A stretch of 63,707 nt of DNA, counting the filler, from Octopus bimaculoides (lineage: Eukaryota), in the NCBI RefSeq assembly GCF_001194135.2. It is 6 parts of 5 records of this genome, joined end to end, with 100 filler letters (N's around TTAATTAATTAA, not from the genome) between each part and the next. Parts side by side here need not be neighbours in the genome. Positions count along the whole stretch, not along the records: positions 1 to 22,502 come from NC_068984.1; positions 22,603 to 47,232 come from NC_068982.1; 4 more parts are not named here. One strand, given 5' to 3'. Below the pieces are notes generated by a model. That model ran no database searches. It saw only the letters and a list, made by a program, of their open reading frames with translations, and was not told the origin of the DNA. A program made the position numbers and the translations under genes. This document shows positions 21,996 through 35,099 of this stretch, in pieces. Within the stretch, counting starts at the first letter, position 1, and the number at the start of each line of letters is the position of its first letter.

Positions 21996-22502
21996 ATAAA
22001 ACTTTCTTTTCATAAGTCCCAAGTTACTTTGGTAGTTGAAAAAAATTGTTAATATGCTTACGTCCCCGTAAGCTAGCGGTTCGGCAAAAGATACCGATAG
22101 AATAAGCACCAAGCATCATAGGCGCAGGAGTGGCTGTGTGGTAAGTAGCTTACTTACTTCCGGTAGCTAGCTTCCTGTCTTGCGCATTAGCTGCTTCTAG
22201 TTGAACCAAAGTGGACACTGTGTTTAACGCTGTCCAAAATTGAAAATGTGTGAAGTCGACCGAGGTAGGTGGAATTGTTTTTTGAGCTGTGTGTAATTTA
22301 TTGTGTTTCAATTTTTGTCAGTAAATTTCGTATAGCTCTGGGGCAGTTCCGTTTGCTTTCGGCGGCTTTAAGTTGTTGCTCATTTAGTGAGCAAATTGTG
22401 TTTCTCGTTCGTTGTTATTGGTAGGCGTGGTCGAGTCAACATAACGGCGGACTGATTTTTGTGTCTCATTTTGCGAGAATTGTTGTTTTTGTGGGCGTAT
22501 CT

Positions 22503-22602
22503 NNNNNNNNNNNNNNNNNNNNNNNNNNNNNNNNNNNNNNNNNNNNTTAATTAATTAANNNNNNNNNNNNNNNNNNNNNNNNNNNNNNNNNNNNNNNNNN
22601 NN
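22503..22602. other. Artificial scaffold join (44N + TTAATTAATTAA + 44N)
   Basis: The identical 100-bp construct also occurs at 47233-47332, 55013-55112, 59317-59416 and 62543-62642. The 12-mer gives stops in all six frames. Confidence 0.95.
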
Positions 22603-22654
22603 ATATACATATATATACATATATATATGTATATTTATATATGTATATGTTTTT

Positions 22655-23580
22655 TCATTTTTATTCCATTTTATCTAGTTTCAACTCATGAGCTGTGGCC
22701 ATGCTCCGGCACCACCAATTGGTGTTGCTACATAATTTTACTTCATGAATTCTTTTCAGGAATTGGCATTTGGTGCATGAGAGAGTTTGATGCAGCTGCC
22801 CTTATCTGCACCTCCTGCTGTGAAGTTGGTTCATCTGGGACATTTGACAAGACGAAGTCCAGCTTTATTTTGATGATACCTACATCCACCCCATGCAGGT
22901 CTCTCAGGTCCTTCGGGAGGATATTGAAGAGATGTGGAATTCTGAAGCCCAGGCTGTTGCAGTATTTTGTCCTACATCTTGATGGCAAATTTGAAGTCCT
23001 TGGCACCATGCAGTGGCTCTCAGTTCTAGTATTTGTGTAACTTTCGATGCCAAAGTTGGGACAAGTCCTTTGAGGATCTTCCAGATGTATATTATGGCAT
23101 ATCTTTCTCACCTATGCTCTAAGGAATAGAGTCTTAATCTCTTGAGTCTTTCCCAATAGCTTATATGCTGCATAGAGGCCATCTTCTTCGTGTAGCTTTG
23201 TTAGATTGCCTCAAGTTCTGAGATAAAATTGACACTGGTTGGTTACCATAGCTGAGAGCAATAGTCAAAGTGGCTTAGGACAAGTGCCCTCCAGAGGACC
23301 ATCATGGTTTCCTGATCTCTTGTTCTAAAGGTTCTAAGAATTTATCCGGTCAGCTGCCTGCATTTCATTGCCAATTTAGCAACATGCTCATGAAGGGATA
23401 AATCATTACTCATGTAAATGCCCAGGTCTTACACTGACTGTGCCTCTGGGATTACAATCCCTCCAGGTCCAGTGTACTTAATGGGTATTGCATTTAATTT
23501 TGCATGCTGAGAGCACAAGGCTTGAAACTTTTCAGCATTAGACTGCATGCTATTCTTTTCAGCTCACTTGTATATTTCAT
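22655..23580 (-). mobile_element. CR1-group (APE-RT) LINE, 3' about 0.9 kb, decayed
   Basis: Peptides RALVLSHFDYCSQLW and CRTKYCNSLG...LFNILPKDLRDL...KLDFVLSNVPDEP. Same family as 33760-34500 and 35700-39320. Confidence 0.85.
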
Positions 23581-23722
23581 GCAGCTCACATGTATGTATA
23601 TTTATATATGGATATATATATATATATATATATATATGTGCATATATATTTCATCCAGCTCACATATATGTATATGTATGTATATTTATATATGTATGTA
23701 TATGTATATATATATTTATATC

Positions 23723-23767
<45 letters not shown>

Positions 23768-24045
23768 NNNNNNNNNNNNNNNNNNNNNNNNNNNNNNNNN
23801 NNNNNNNNNNNNNNNNNNNNNNNNNNNNNNNNNNNNNNNNNNNNNNNNNNNNNNNNNNNNNNNNNNNNNNNNNNNNNNNNNNNNNNNNNNNNNNNNNNNN
23901 NNNNNNNNNNNNNNNNNNNNNNNNNNNNNNNNNNNNNNNNNNNNNNNNNNNNNNNNNNNNNNNNNNNNNNNNNNNNNNNNNNNNNNNNNNNNNNNNNNNN
24001 NNNNNNNNNNNNNNNNNNNNNNNNNNNNNNNNNNNNNNNNNNNNN

Positions 24046-24640
24046 CTTTTACGTGTCACCGGCACGAAGGCCAGTTAGGCGGTACTGGCAACGGCCACGC
24101 TCAAAATGGTGCATTTTATGTGCCACCCGCACAAGAGCCAGTCCAGTGGCACTGGCAGCGATCTCGCTCGAAAGTCCTACGAAGGCCAGTCAGGCGGATC
24201 TGGCAACGGCCACGTTCAAAATGGTGTATTTTATGTGCCACCTGCACAAGAGTCAGTCCAGGGGCACTGGCAGCGATCTCGCTCGTAAATCCTTACACAT
24301 GTCACGGGCACAAGTGCCAGAAAGGCGACGCTGGGCACAGGTGCTATCCTGATTTTGCTTTCGCTTGCCTCAATAAGTCTTCCAAGCTGAGTTTTGTCTC
24401 CAATGAAGGAGACGACGTTGGCACGGGTGCCAATTGTCGAATTTAGTTTGATTTCACATGCCTCAAAAAGTCTTCGCAAGCGGAGTTTAGTGTCCAATGT
24501 AGGAAAGGTACGCATAAGTGGGCTGGCTACACCCTTGGCAGAGGCCTTGGATTTAGGTCTCACTTGGCTTGCCGGGTCTTCTCACGCACAGTACATTTCC
24601 AAAGGTCTCGGTCAGAAGTCATTGCCTCGGTGAGGCCCAA
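24046..24640 (-). mobile_element. RTE LINE 3' end (ORF end plus 3'UTR with two 115-bp units)
   Basis: Reverse complement of ...gtgcgtgagaagacccggcaagccaagtgagacc, the ORF end seen at about 27120-27150. Confidence 0.85.
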
Positions 24641-24888
24641 TGTTCAAATTCAAATTATGAAAAGCGTAAACAACCGAACGAAGTTTGGTTTTAGAAGCGT
24701 TTAGATGTCTTAGAAAGTTAAAGAAGTAATTTTTTAAATTCTCAAATGCAGGGTAATGCTAATAATATAGCCTGAACAGGATAAACTACCCCTATTTTGC
24801 AGAAAAAAATGTGGGAGGCCAGCCATATATATTTATATATGTATGTATATATATATATGTATATATATATATATNNNNNNNNNNTATG

Positions 24889-24925
<37 letters not shown>

Positions 24926-25278
24926 CAAGACTACAAAGATTTAATCGATTCATTGACTGAGGAAGAGTGTTCTAAGGTGCAAAATCTTGAAAACAAACTA
25001 AATAATAATTAGAAACAAAACCAACAGACTTCACCGGAATGTAAATTAACATTAAATATTGCAGATATAAAGGTAAGTTTTATATCCAAAGAGTTCCTTT
25101 AAAAAAAGAATATTGTGTTTTTTTTTAATTCTTTTTTAAATGGTACACATAGATCGTGTAAAAATCCTGTCAGGAATTGTCTGGCAAAAAATGTTTATGG
25201 TAGGAACAGGTGAAGAAAACCTCGATGTGGTAAGGTTTGTTTCTGGCCTCTTTCCTGCACCTCTCTCTCACTCTCTAT

Positions 25279-25320
<42 letters not shown>

Positions 25321-25429
25321 ACTGGGTGACCATGTACTTCCTGTATAGCAAGACACCTATTTTTGCCTCTCTATTTCTCTGTCACACGCTAACCTTTCAT
25401 CATCTGCTACTAGATCACCTCTAATGTCC

Positions 25430-25860
25430 GCTCTGTTATGGCAAGACACCTACTTCTGTATCTCTGTCTCTTTCTCACACTCTAACCTTTCATCCTCTGA
25501 CACAGGTTCCCCTCCTCTAATTCCCCTGCCCCTCTCATAATTCCCTGTCTTGCGAGTAACCTGGTTACCCTGCCGGTGCTGGTGCCATGTTAAAGGCGTC
25601 CAGTCCATACTGTAACATGGTTGGCATTTGGAAGGGCATCCAGCTGTAAAAGTCATGCCAAAACTAACCTTGCCTGTGTTAGTGCCAAGTAAAAAGCACT
25701 GAGTCCACTCTGCAGAGTGGTTGGTGTTAGGAAGGGCATCCAGCTGTAAAACCCCTGCTAAAACAGACACAGTAGACTTGGGTAGTTTTTCTACCTGGCT
25801 AGCTCCTGTCAACCGTCCTACCCACGCATGCATGGAAGATGAACGTTAAATGATGATGAT
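25430..25860 (+). mobile_element. Short element ending in an RTE-like tail, with an internal duplication
   Basis: Two copies of ggttgg..tt(t/a)ggaagggcatccagctgtaaaa. Ends gcatggaagatgaacgttaaatgatgatgat. Confidence 0.55.
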
Positions 25861-25882
25861 ATTTTTTTTTTATTTTGTCTTG

Positions 25883-27898
25883 CGATCCCTTATCTGGTGG
25901 TCAATGAGGAAACTAGGGATAGAAGAATGGTTAGTGAGAGCTGTGCGAGCCATGTACAGAGATACTATCAGTAAGGTGAGGGTTGGCAATGAGTACAGTG
26001 AAGAATTCCGGGTAGAGGTAGGGGTCCACCAAGCTTCAGTCCTCAGACCCCTCCTATTTATCATAGTCCTCCAGGCGATAACAGAGGAATTCAAGACAGG
26101 ATGCCCCTGGGAGCTCCTCTATGCTGATGACCTTGCACTAATTGCGGAGTGACTATCAGAACTAGAGGAAAAGTTTCAGGTGTGGAAGCAAGGACTAGAA
26201 TCGAAGGGCCTTAGAGTCAACCTAGCTAAAACCAAAATCCTAATGAGCAGGAAAGTAGATAAAGCACAAACCCCTTCAGATAGATGGCCATGCTCAATAT
26301 GTAGAAATGGTGTAGGTAGTAACTCTATAAGATATACCCAGTGCAAGCTATGGACACATAAGAGGTGCAGCAATATCAAAGGCAGATTAACTAGGAAGTT
26401 AGTTTTTGTATGTAGCAGATGTTCAGGAGCTATAAACACTGTAAATGTACAGAAAACAACTTTTGCCACATTCCAGGGAGAAAAACTAGACGTAGTTTAT
26501 AGCTTCCGCTATCTAGGTGACCAAGTTAGTAGTGGGGGAGGGTGTGCTGAAAGTGTAGCTGCTAAAATAAGAATAGCCTGGGCAAAGTTCAGAGAGCTCT
26601 TACCTCTGCTGATGACAAGGGGCCTCTCACTCAGAGTAAAAGGCAGACTGTATGACGCATGTGTACAAACAGCCATGCTTCATAGCAGTGAAACATGGGC
26701 TGTGACTGCTGAGGACATGCGTAGGCTCGCAAGGAATGAAGCCAGTATGCACCGATGCATGTGTAATGTCAGTGTGCATACTTGACAGAGTATTAGTACC
26801 TTGAGAGAAAAGTTGAACTTACGAAGCATCAGTTGTGGTGTGCAAGAGAGGCGACTGCGCTGGTATGGTCATGTAGCAAGAATGGATGAGAATAGCTGTG
26901 TGAAAAAGTGCCACACCCTAGCAGTNNNNNNNNNNTGGTCATGTAGCAAGAATGGATGAGAATAGCTGTGTGAAAAAGTGCCACACCCTAGCAGTTGAGG
27001 GAACCTGTGGAAGAGGTAGGCCCAAGAAGACCTGGGATGAGGTGGTGAGGCACGACCTTGGAACTTTGGACCTCACCTAGGCGATGACTTCTAACAGAGA
27101 CCTTTGGAAATATGCTGTGCGTGAGAAGACCCGGCAAGCCAAGTGAGACCTAAATCTAAGGCCTCAGCTAGTCCACTTATGCTTACCTTCCTTCATTGGA
27201 CACCAAACTCCACTTGCGAAGACCTGTTGAGGCAAGTGAAATCGAAATCGAGTTAAATTGGACACCAAACTCCACTTGCGAAGACCTGTTGAGGCAAGTG
27301 AAATCGAAATCGAGTTAAATTGGATACTAAACCTCACTTGCGAAGACCTGTTGATGCAAGTGAAATCGAAATCGAGTTAAACTGGAAACTAAACTCCACT
27401 TGTGAAGACCTGTTAAGGCGAGTGAAATCGAAATCGAGTTAAATTCGATGGCTGGCACCCATGCCAACGTCGTCTCCTTCATTGGGACACGAAACTCAGC
27501 TTGTGAAGACTTATTGGGGCAAGCGAAATCGAAATTGTGATGGCACCTGTGCCCAGCGTCGCCTTTCTGGCACTTGTGCCCACGGCATGTGTAAGGACTT
27601 TCGAGCGAGATCGTTGCCAGTGCCCCTGGACTGGCTCTTGTGCGGGTGGCACATAAAATACACCATTGTGAGCATGGCCGTTGCCAGTACCGCCTGACTG
27701 GCCTTTGTGCGGGTGACACGTAAAAGCACCCACTACACTCTCTGAGTGGTTGGCATTAGGAAGGGCATCCAGCCGTAGAAACTCTGCCAAATCAGATTGG
27801 AGCCTGATGTAGCCATCTGGTTTCACCAATCCTCAGTCAAATCGTCCAACCCATGCTAGCATGGAAAGGAGACGTTAAACAACGATGATGATGATGAT
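25883..27898 (+). mobile_element. 5'-truncated RTE LINE (RT C-half, C-terminal domain, 3'UTR, (GAT)n tail), disabled
   Basis: VGVHQASVLRPLLF, ELLYADDLAL, FRYLGD and GRGRPKKTW motifs, with in-frame stops. 3'UTR has four 62-bp units at 27195-27442. Confidence 0.92.
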
Positions 27899-27904
27899 CA
27901 TAAC

Positions 27905-28531
27905 ACAAAGCTCTGCTTGCAAAAACCTGTTGGCGCAAGTGAAATCAAATTCGAAATCGAACCAAATTTGACGACTGGCACCCATGCCAACCTTCCGGCA
28001 TTGGACACTAAACTCTGCTTGGAAACACCCGTTGCGGCAAGTGAAATCGAAATTGAACCAAATTCGATGACTGGCTCCCGTGCCAGTGGAGTGCTAACAG
28101 CACCATCCGAGCAGGATCACTGCTAGAGTAGTTAACTGGCTTCTGTGCCGGTGGCACGTAAAAAGCACCATTTGAGCGTGATTGTTAACAGGGTCACCTT
28201 ACTGGCACATATGCCGGTAGAACGTGAACAAAACATTGGAGCGAGGTTGTTGCCAGTGCTGCTGGATAACTCCTGTGCAGGTGGCATGTAAAAAACACCA
28301 TTTGAGCATGGCCGTTGCCAGTACCGACAAACTGGCCCTTGTGCCGTTGGCACGTAAAGGCACCCACTAGACTCTCAGAGCAGTTGGTGTTAGGAAGGGC
28401 ATCCAGCGAGAGAAACTCTGCCAGATCAAATTAGAGCCTGGTGCAGCCATCTGGTTTCGCCAGTCCTCAGTCAAATTGTCCAACCCATGCTAGCATGGAA
28501 AGCGGATGTTAAACGATGATGATGATGATGA
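27905..28531 (+). mobile_element. Divergent RTE-family 3'UTR/tail fragment
   Basis: Shares gcaagtgaaatcgaaat motifs and the terminal ccaacccatgctagcatggaaagcgg..(GAT)n, but its middle differs. Confidence 0.7.
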
Positions 28532-28561
28532 TATATATATATATATGTATATATATATTTA

Positions 28562-28596
<35 letters not shown>

Positions 28597-29302
28597 NNNN
28601 NNNNNNNNNNNNNNNNNNNNNNNNNNNNNNNNNNNNNNNNNNNNNNNNNNNNNNNNNNNNNNNNNNNNNNNNNNNNNNNNNNNNNNNNNNNNNNNNNNNN
28701 NNNNNNNNNNNNNNNNNNNNNNNNNNNNNNNNNNNNNNNNNNNNNNNNNNNNNNNNNNNNNNNNNNNNNNNNNNNNNNNNNNNNNNNNNNNNNNNNNNNN
28801 NNNNNNNNNNNNNNNNNNNNNNNNNNNNNNNNNNNNNNNNNNNNNNNNNNNNNNNNNNNNNNNNNNNNNNNNNNNNNNNNNNNNNNNNNNNNNNNNNNNN
28901 NNNNNNNNNNNNNNNNNNNNNNNNNNNNNNNNNNNNNNNNNNNNNNNNNNNNNNNNNNNNNNNNNNNNNNNNNNNNNNNNNNNNNNNNNNNNNNNNNNNN
29001 NNNNNNNNNNNNNNNNNNNNNNNNNNNNNNNNNNNNNNNNNNNNNNNNNNNNNNNNNNNNNNNNNNNNNNNNNNNNNNNNNNNNNNNNNNNNNNNNNNNN
29101 NNNNNNNNNNNNNNNNNNNNNNNNNNNNNNNNNNNNNNNNNNNNNNNNNNNNNNNNNNNNNNNNNNNNNNNNNNNNNNNNNNNNNNNNNNNNNNNNNNNN
29201 NNNNNNNNNNNNNNNNNNNNNNNNNNNNNNNNNNNNNNNNNNNNNNNNNNNNNNNNNNNNNNNNNNNNNNNNNNNNNNNNNNNNNNNNNNNNNNNNNNNN
29301 NN

Positions 29303-29336
<34 letters not shown>

Positions 29337-29959
29337 CTGCAGTTGTGTGTCTGTGTGAAGCCTTTTTAAAAGTTTATAGAAATCCACATTTTCCACTTTT
29401 TCATTAAAATTTTTGCATCAATGGAATTTTCTCGATGTGAACTTTCCTGTGCAGTAATTAGATTTTTAAAATTCCGTTTACTTTGTGTGATTGAAGGGAG
29501 ATTTGTCTGTTGTTTCTAGCAACTTTTATATTTCTTCCCTTCTACCTGTAACGGCGTTCTTATGCACTTATATATCACGCACTCAGCATAAAATATACAG
29601 AGTAAGAGTGAGAGAGAGAGAGAGAGAGAAAGTGATACATACAGTCTTCTTTCTTCTTCCTCTCTCCCATCTAATAGTTTTCTTGTATCCCTCTACCTCT
29701 AACATGTTTTTCATAGCATAGAAACGTAAAAACACACACAACCACACATACGTGATCTGTGACAACATACACATAAACACATACACACATCAACATTATA
29801 ACTGTCTTCCGTTCTTCCTTCCTCTCTTCCTCTCTATTCCTTTCTCCCCCTCTCTCTACCTCTTCCTCTCTCTCTCTTTCTACCTCTTCCTCTCTCTCTC
29901 TCTCTCAAATGCATACACGTGCAAGTACACAATCATCCACTAAAATATAACTTATGTTC

Positions 29960-30614
29960 ATCAATATTTTGTAAACATACTACGATTTTCACTCGGGTGT
30001 TAGGGTTAGGGTTTGGGGTTAGGTTTAGGGTTAGGGTTGGGTAATCGTGCAGATGTTAATCTGAAAAATTACAGAAATGTGAAAAGTACCGACTCTGCCA
30101 TCTATTATAACTTTTGTTGTTCTGTTTAATATATACATAGATTATGCCTCCAAAGAAGAGAGTTTGCTGGGGAAAAAAAACCAATCGGTTTAAAATGACG
30201 GCAACAGACTGCAGCAATTCACCACATTCCAGTAGCTACTTTGAACATAATGCAAAATGGTGCATCAACATCTTCAGCCTAATCTGATAGAATTCTGGCA
30301 AAACTGTGTAACAACAGATCACCAGCAATTGCTTCATCAGAAATTGCCATCCTAGCTCCCTGCTATGTATAATCAGGGCAGTGCAAAAAGTTGTTTTGCA
30401 CAAGCATTTCTATAGCCAATTAGATGGATGAAATTTACATACGCTTAATAATGTTACACAAAACAGCCTTCATTGTCTTTTGAATTATGAACATATTTAC
30501 ATCATAAAGGTTTTTTCGTTGTAAGGCTTTCTTTTTTAGTTGATTTTCACCTAGCAAGACTTATTGTAGATGGTAATAAGTCACACCCGGACAAGGTCAG
30601 GTTATACTGCTAGT
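29960..30614 (+). mobile_element. Probable non-autonomous Helitron relic with internal (TTAGGG)n-like array
   Basis: Degenerate hairpin cccggacaaggtcagg followed by CTAG|T at 30610-30614. Decayed PIF1-like peptide LAKL...AIASSEIA near 30295-30360. About 7 TTAGGG-like units at 29999-30041. The 5' boundary is uncertain. Confidence 0.5.
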
Positions 30615-31265
30615 ATTTATATATATGTGTTCATGTATTGGTGAGATAAACATGTAAACGTTACCAAAATAGCAAAAATTTCTCCCCAAAGGTCTATGTA
30701 AACTCCTTATGAATCGATCTCCTTGGTTATATATCAAAAATTTAAATGAGAGTTTTGATGCTAATATCCATTATTATTGAAGTTTATTACCTATGTCAAC
30801 ATTTCTGTATAAGGTTATATTTAACTGTCAATTCAAGTTAAATTAGTAAATTACCTTACACATCCTCGGGGTAAAAGGTAAAATGTAAACACCAAAAATA
30901 TAATCTCTAAGTCTGATTCATATTTAAATTCCTCCTTAAATAAAGGCCCGTCTAAGGGAGAAAACCCTCATAATATTATTAATTATAAACAATCAAGTAT
31001 TTCAAATTATTGATTCCTGGTAATAAATTCTAAACCAATGGAAATCTATATTATATTATCTATAGAAACTTTAGCAAATAAACACAAATACAGTTTTAAT
31101 ATTATTGTTATTGGTAAATTATTGGTAAATTATGCATTAATATACCCTGCCTTTAAACCTAATATTATACTATAATACCCAATCATACTGAAATTTATTA
31201 TTTATTTATTTAAACCACTATGGTTCTTTCATAATAAGGCAGGGCTTACTAGAGAAGAAATTAAA

Positions 31266-31793
31266 GTGATATTAGCTGCTAGGGAGTCCTTTATTAGTTT
31301 TAATGATAAAGTATGGATACATAAGGATACACCGGATGCTTTCGATGTCCCCATGGGTAGTTCTGACTCAGCACAAATAGCTGATATGGTGGGTTCTTTT
31401 ATTCTTTATGAATTAGATGATCAATTTCCTATGATTAGGGGCGGGGCTCTATATAGGGATGATTGCCTTCTATATATCAGGAATAGCTCCAACCAACAAT
31501 TACAGAGAATTAAAGGTAGATTGGCTAGATTTTTTCGTAGAATGGGGATGAATATCATTTATGAAGACGATATTTCGTTAGCAAATTACTTGGATGTGAC
31601 ATTAGATATTAAAAATGAGACATATAGACCATATCATAAACCTTCCACTAACCTGAAATATATTAGTAAGTGGAGTAATCATCCTAGAAAAATTATCAAT
31701 AATTTAGTAAGAAATATTTTATTAAGACTTTCTAGATTATCTGCAAATGATAAGATTTTTGATAATGAAGCTCAGTTCTATAATCGGCATTAA
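31266..31793 (+). pseudogene. Penelope-like reverse transcriptase, C-terminal half (frameshifted near 31790)
   Basis: FDVPMGS, LYRDD, NYLDVTLD, YRPYHKP and SNHP motifs. The frame resumes as ALNRAGYKEK in another frame. Confidence 0.9.
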
Positions 31794-32389
31794 ATAGGGC
31801 AGGATACAAAGAGAAGGTTTCCTATGTTGAACCTGATCGTCACAATGTTAAAACAGATAAGAATAATAGGTATAAAAATAAGCTAAGAGGAAATAAGGAA
31901 AATAAACCCAGAGATATTCATAAACGTAACATAGGTAATTTAAAATATTTTAAGAATTATACTAATGACTGTGATAACACTAAAGATGATAATATATGGT
32001 TCATAGTCCCTTTTGATAGAAATGTTAAATCTAATTTGATTGCACAGTTTAGAGAGGTGATAAGTAGATATTTCCCAAANNNNNNNNNNCCCTTTTGATA
32101 GAAATGTTAAATCTAATTTGATTGCACAGTTTAGAGAGGTGATAAGTAGATATTTCCCAAAGAATTCACACTATAGTAAAATTATTAATACACATAGCAT
32201 TAGGTTTGGTTTCTCAAACACTATGAACTTAGCCCAAATAATTGCAGCTCATAATTTTAAAATACTTAAATCAAAGGGAATTGGGGAGGATAGTGATGAG
32301 AACCCTGATATATATAATAATAATAATGATAATCGTACTATGATTATAGTAACAGAGGTTAACCCCAGAAGATTGAAGTTTGAAGGCCC

Positions 32390-32690
32390 AAGTGTGAGAG
32401 TGAAGAATGTAATTTATCAATGTAAGGTAAAGACTCAGACAGATGTTAGCCTATACCTGGGGTGTTCTTCGGGACAAATCTGTAGAAGAATATCTAATCA
32501 TTATAGTACCTTTAGAGATAGAAGTAAAATAGCGAGTACTAGTCTTAGTAAATTCATTTGGGAACTGAAGGAACAAAAAAAGCAATATTTGTTAGAATCG
32601 TCAATTATTGGGAAATATTTCCCTTATGACAAAGGTAAGAGATAGTGCTCGCTGTGTAATCTAGAAATATATTTTATATTATTCTCTAAG
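32390..32690 (+). pseudogene. GIY-YIG endonuclease domain of the Penelope-like element
   Basis: VIYQ...YLG, RISNH, TSLSKFIWELK, then stop, then CSLC. Confidence 0.85.
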
Positions 32691-33429
32691 GGTAAGTTAA
32701 TAAATAAACTAACATACAATGCTTTCAGATGTAGCCAGTATCTTAAACATACATTTTTCTGGTTTAAATAAATAAATTATAAATTTCAGTATGATCGGGT
32801 ATTATAGTATAATATTAGGTTTAAAGGCAGGGTATATTAATGTATAATTTACCAATAATTTACCAATAACAATAATATTAAAATTGTTTTTGTGTTTATT
32901 TGCTAAGGAAGGGCATGCAGCTGTAGAAACTTGGCCAAATCAGATTGGAGCCTGGTGTAGCCATCTGGTTTCACCAGTCCTCAGTCCTCAGTCAAATCGT
33001 CTAGCATGGACAGTGGACGTTAAACGATCATGATAATGATGATGATATATATATATATTTATTTATATATAAGGGAGAATTTACGAAAAAAACAACAGAC
33101 GAAGACAGGTGGAGTAAACAACAAGTGGATGTATTAGTTTATATATTAGTTTATGTATTAGTTTATATATATATANNNNNNNNNNNNNNNNNNNNNNNNN
33201 NNNNNNNNNNNNNNNNNNNNNNNNNNNNNNNNNNNNNNNNNNNNNNNNNNNNNNNNNNNNNNNNNNNNNNNNNNNNNNNNNNNNNNNNNNNNNNNNNNNN
33301 NNNNNNNNNNNNNNNNNNNNNNNNNNNNNNNNNNNNNNNNNNNNNNNNNNNNNNNNNNNNNNNNNNNNNNNNNNNNNNNNNNNNNNNNNNNNNNNNNNNN
33401 NNNNNNNNNNNNTATATATAATATTACCT

Positions 33430-33740
33430 GATCCAACAACTTGATACCTCTGTAGAGGTATCAAGTTGTTGGACTGGCTTCTGTGCAGGTGGCACGTAAA
33501 AAACACCATTTTGTGTGTGGCCTTTGCCATTACCACCTGACTGGCCCTCGTGCCAGTGGCATGTAAAATCACCCACTACATTCTCGGAGTGGTTGGTGTT
33601 AGGAAGAGAATCCAGCTGTAGAAACTCTGCCAGATCAAAATTGGAGACTGGTGCAGCCATCTGGTTCATCAGTCCTCAGTCAAATCATCCAACCCATGAT
33701 AGAATGCAAAGCGGACATTAGACTATGATAATGATGATGA
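33430..33740 (+). mobile_element. RTE 3'UTR/tail fragment
   Basis: cacccactacattctcggagtggttgg...cagtcctcagtcaaatc...gatgatgat. A similar tail lies at 32905-33045. Confidence 0.75.
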
Positions 33741-33759
33741 TATATTTATATTCATAATA

Positions 33760-34500
33760 CAGAACCCCAAAGACACTATGCACCTGCAGTGTGAGCTGGA
33801 TGAAATATACAATTTGGCTGAAAAGAATAGCTTGTAGTTTAATGCTGAAAAATTTCAAGCCTTGTGCTATCAGCATGCAAAAGTAAATTAAATCTCCATT
33901 AAATACACTGGACCTGGAGGGATTGCAATTCCAGAGGCAGAGTCAATGCGACACCTGGGCATTTACATGAGTAATGATGTATCCTTTGATGTTCATGTTG
34001 CTAAATTGTCAATGAAATGCAGGCAGCTGACCGGATGGATTCTTAGAACTTTTAGGATAAGAGGTCAAGAAACCAACATGGTCCTCTGGAGGTCACTTGT
34101 CCTAAGCCACTTTGACTATTGCTCTCAGCTATGGTCACCAATGAGTATCAAATTAATCTCAGAACCTGAGGCAATCCAACGAAGCTACACGAAGAAGATA
34201 GCTTCTATGCAGCATATAAGCTATTGGAAATTACTAAAGAGATTAAAACTTTATTCCCTAGAGTGTAGGCGACCTGCATGGAGTGGATGTAGGTGTCTTC
34301 AAAATAAAGCTGGACCTCTTTCTGTAAAGTGTCCCAGATGAACCAACATCGCAGCAGGAGGTGCAGATGAAGGCCACTGCATCAAACTCCCTCATGCATG
34401 AAATATCAATTTCTATAAAGCATTCGTGAAGTAAAATTATGTAGCAATACCAAATGGCAGTGCCCCAGCATGGCCACAGCTCATAAGCTGAAACTAGATG
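33760..34500 (+). mobile_element. CR1-group LINE 3' fragment with internal deletion
   Basis: RHLGI, TGWILRTF, RSLVLSHFDYCSQLWSP and LYSLE motifs. Tail ggcagtgccccagcatggccacagctc...gctgaaactag. Confidence 0.85.
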
Positions 34501-35099
34501 TAAAAAAAAAATATGTATTCAAAGAAAGGTGTGCTTTCTGAAACAACCAAAAAGGGATTGCCTAAATCGACGAAAAGATTTGCCAAAACTGACAAAAACG
34601 TAGTACTTTATATTTCATAATGGTCTACTATAATATATTGATTAAAAAAACGTAATGTATTACACTAAAAGTTTAATATAGTACATTAAGGTCAGTGACA
34701 AATCGTACTTCCATTTGCAGCCGCATGTAAGAAGCAAAAAAGAATTGTTTTTGAAAGAAAACTTCTTTGTACAAGAACTAGCATTTGGAATTTTACCTCT
34801 TGTGAAGAAGTATCCTACTCATTTGTTTATTTTCTTTTATCTTTGGTAATTGCGGATGAAAATTTGAGTTATGACTTAATCTTTGTTTACTTTCTGAGAA
34901 ATCTCACTATAATTTTCATTCAACTTTTACTACAGTGATCACTTCGCTTTCATTTTGTTTGAAAACTAGAAAGCATTTCGAAACCCCTTTCTTTTCACTA
35001 TCTTTTCACTATCACCCCTTTCTTTTTTTGACTTTTTCTCTGTAGAATTATTACAAATCCTATTTAGAATTATAAATTTTGTTTTTCATTTTCCTACAC

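Larger units (their letters stand above)
31071..32906 (+). mobile_element. Penelope-like element (Neptune-type architecture), 5'-truncated with inverted terminal segment
   Basis: RT followed by GIY-YIG endonuclease. 31071-31217 is the reverse complement of 32760-32906. Confidence 0.85.

Noticed and set aside
29999-30041. True telomere or chromosome end
   Set aside because: Short, degenerate and flanked by ordinary sequence on both sides.
34690-35050. Possible downstream exon(s) of the coiled-coil gene (EKVKKRKG* or RLSHNSNFHPQLPKIKENKQMSRILLHK)
   Set aside because: It lies across a synthetic join, has multiple stops and frame switches, and could equally be a decayed Tc1-like fragment.
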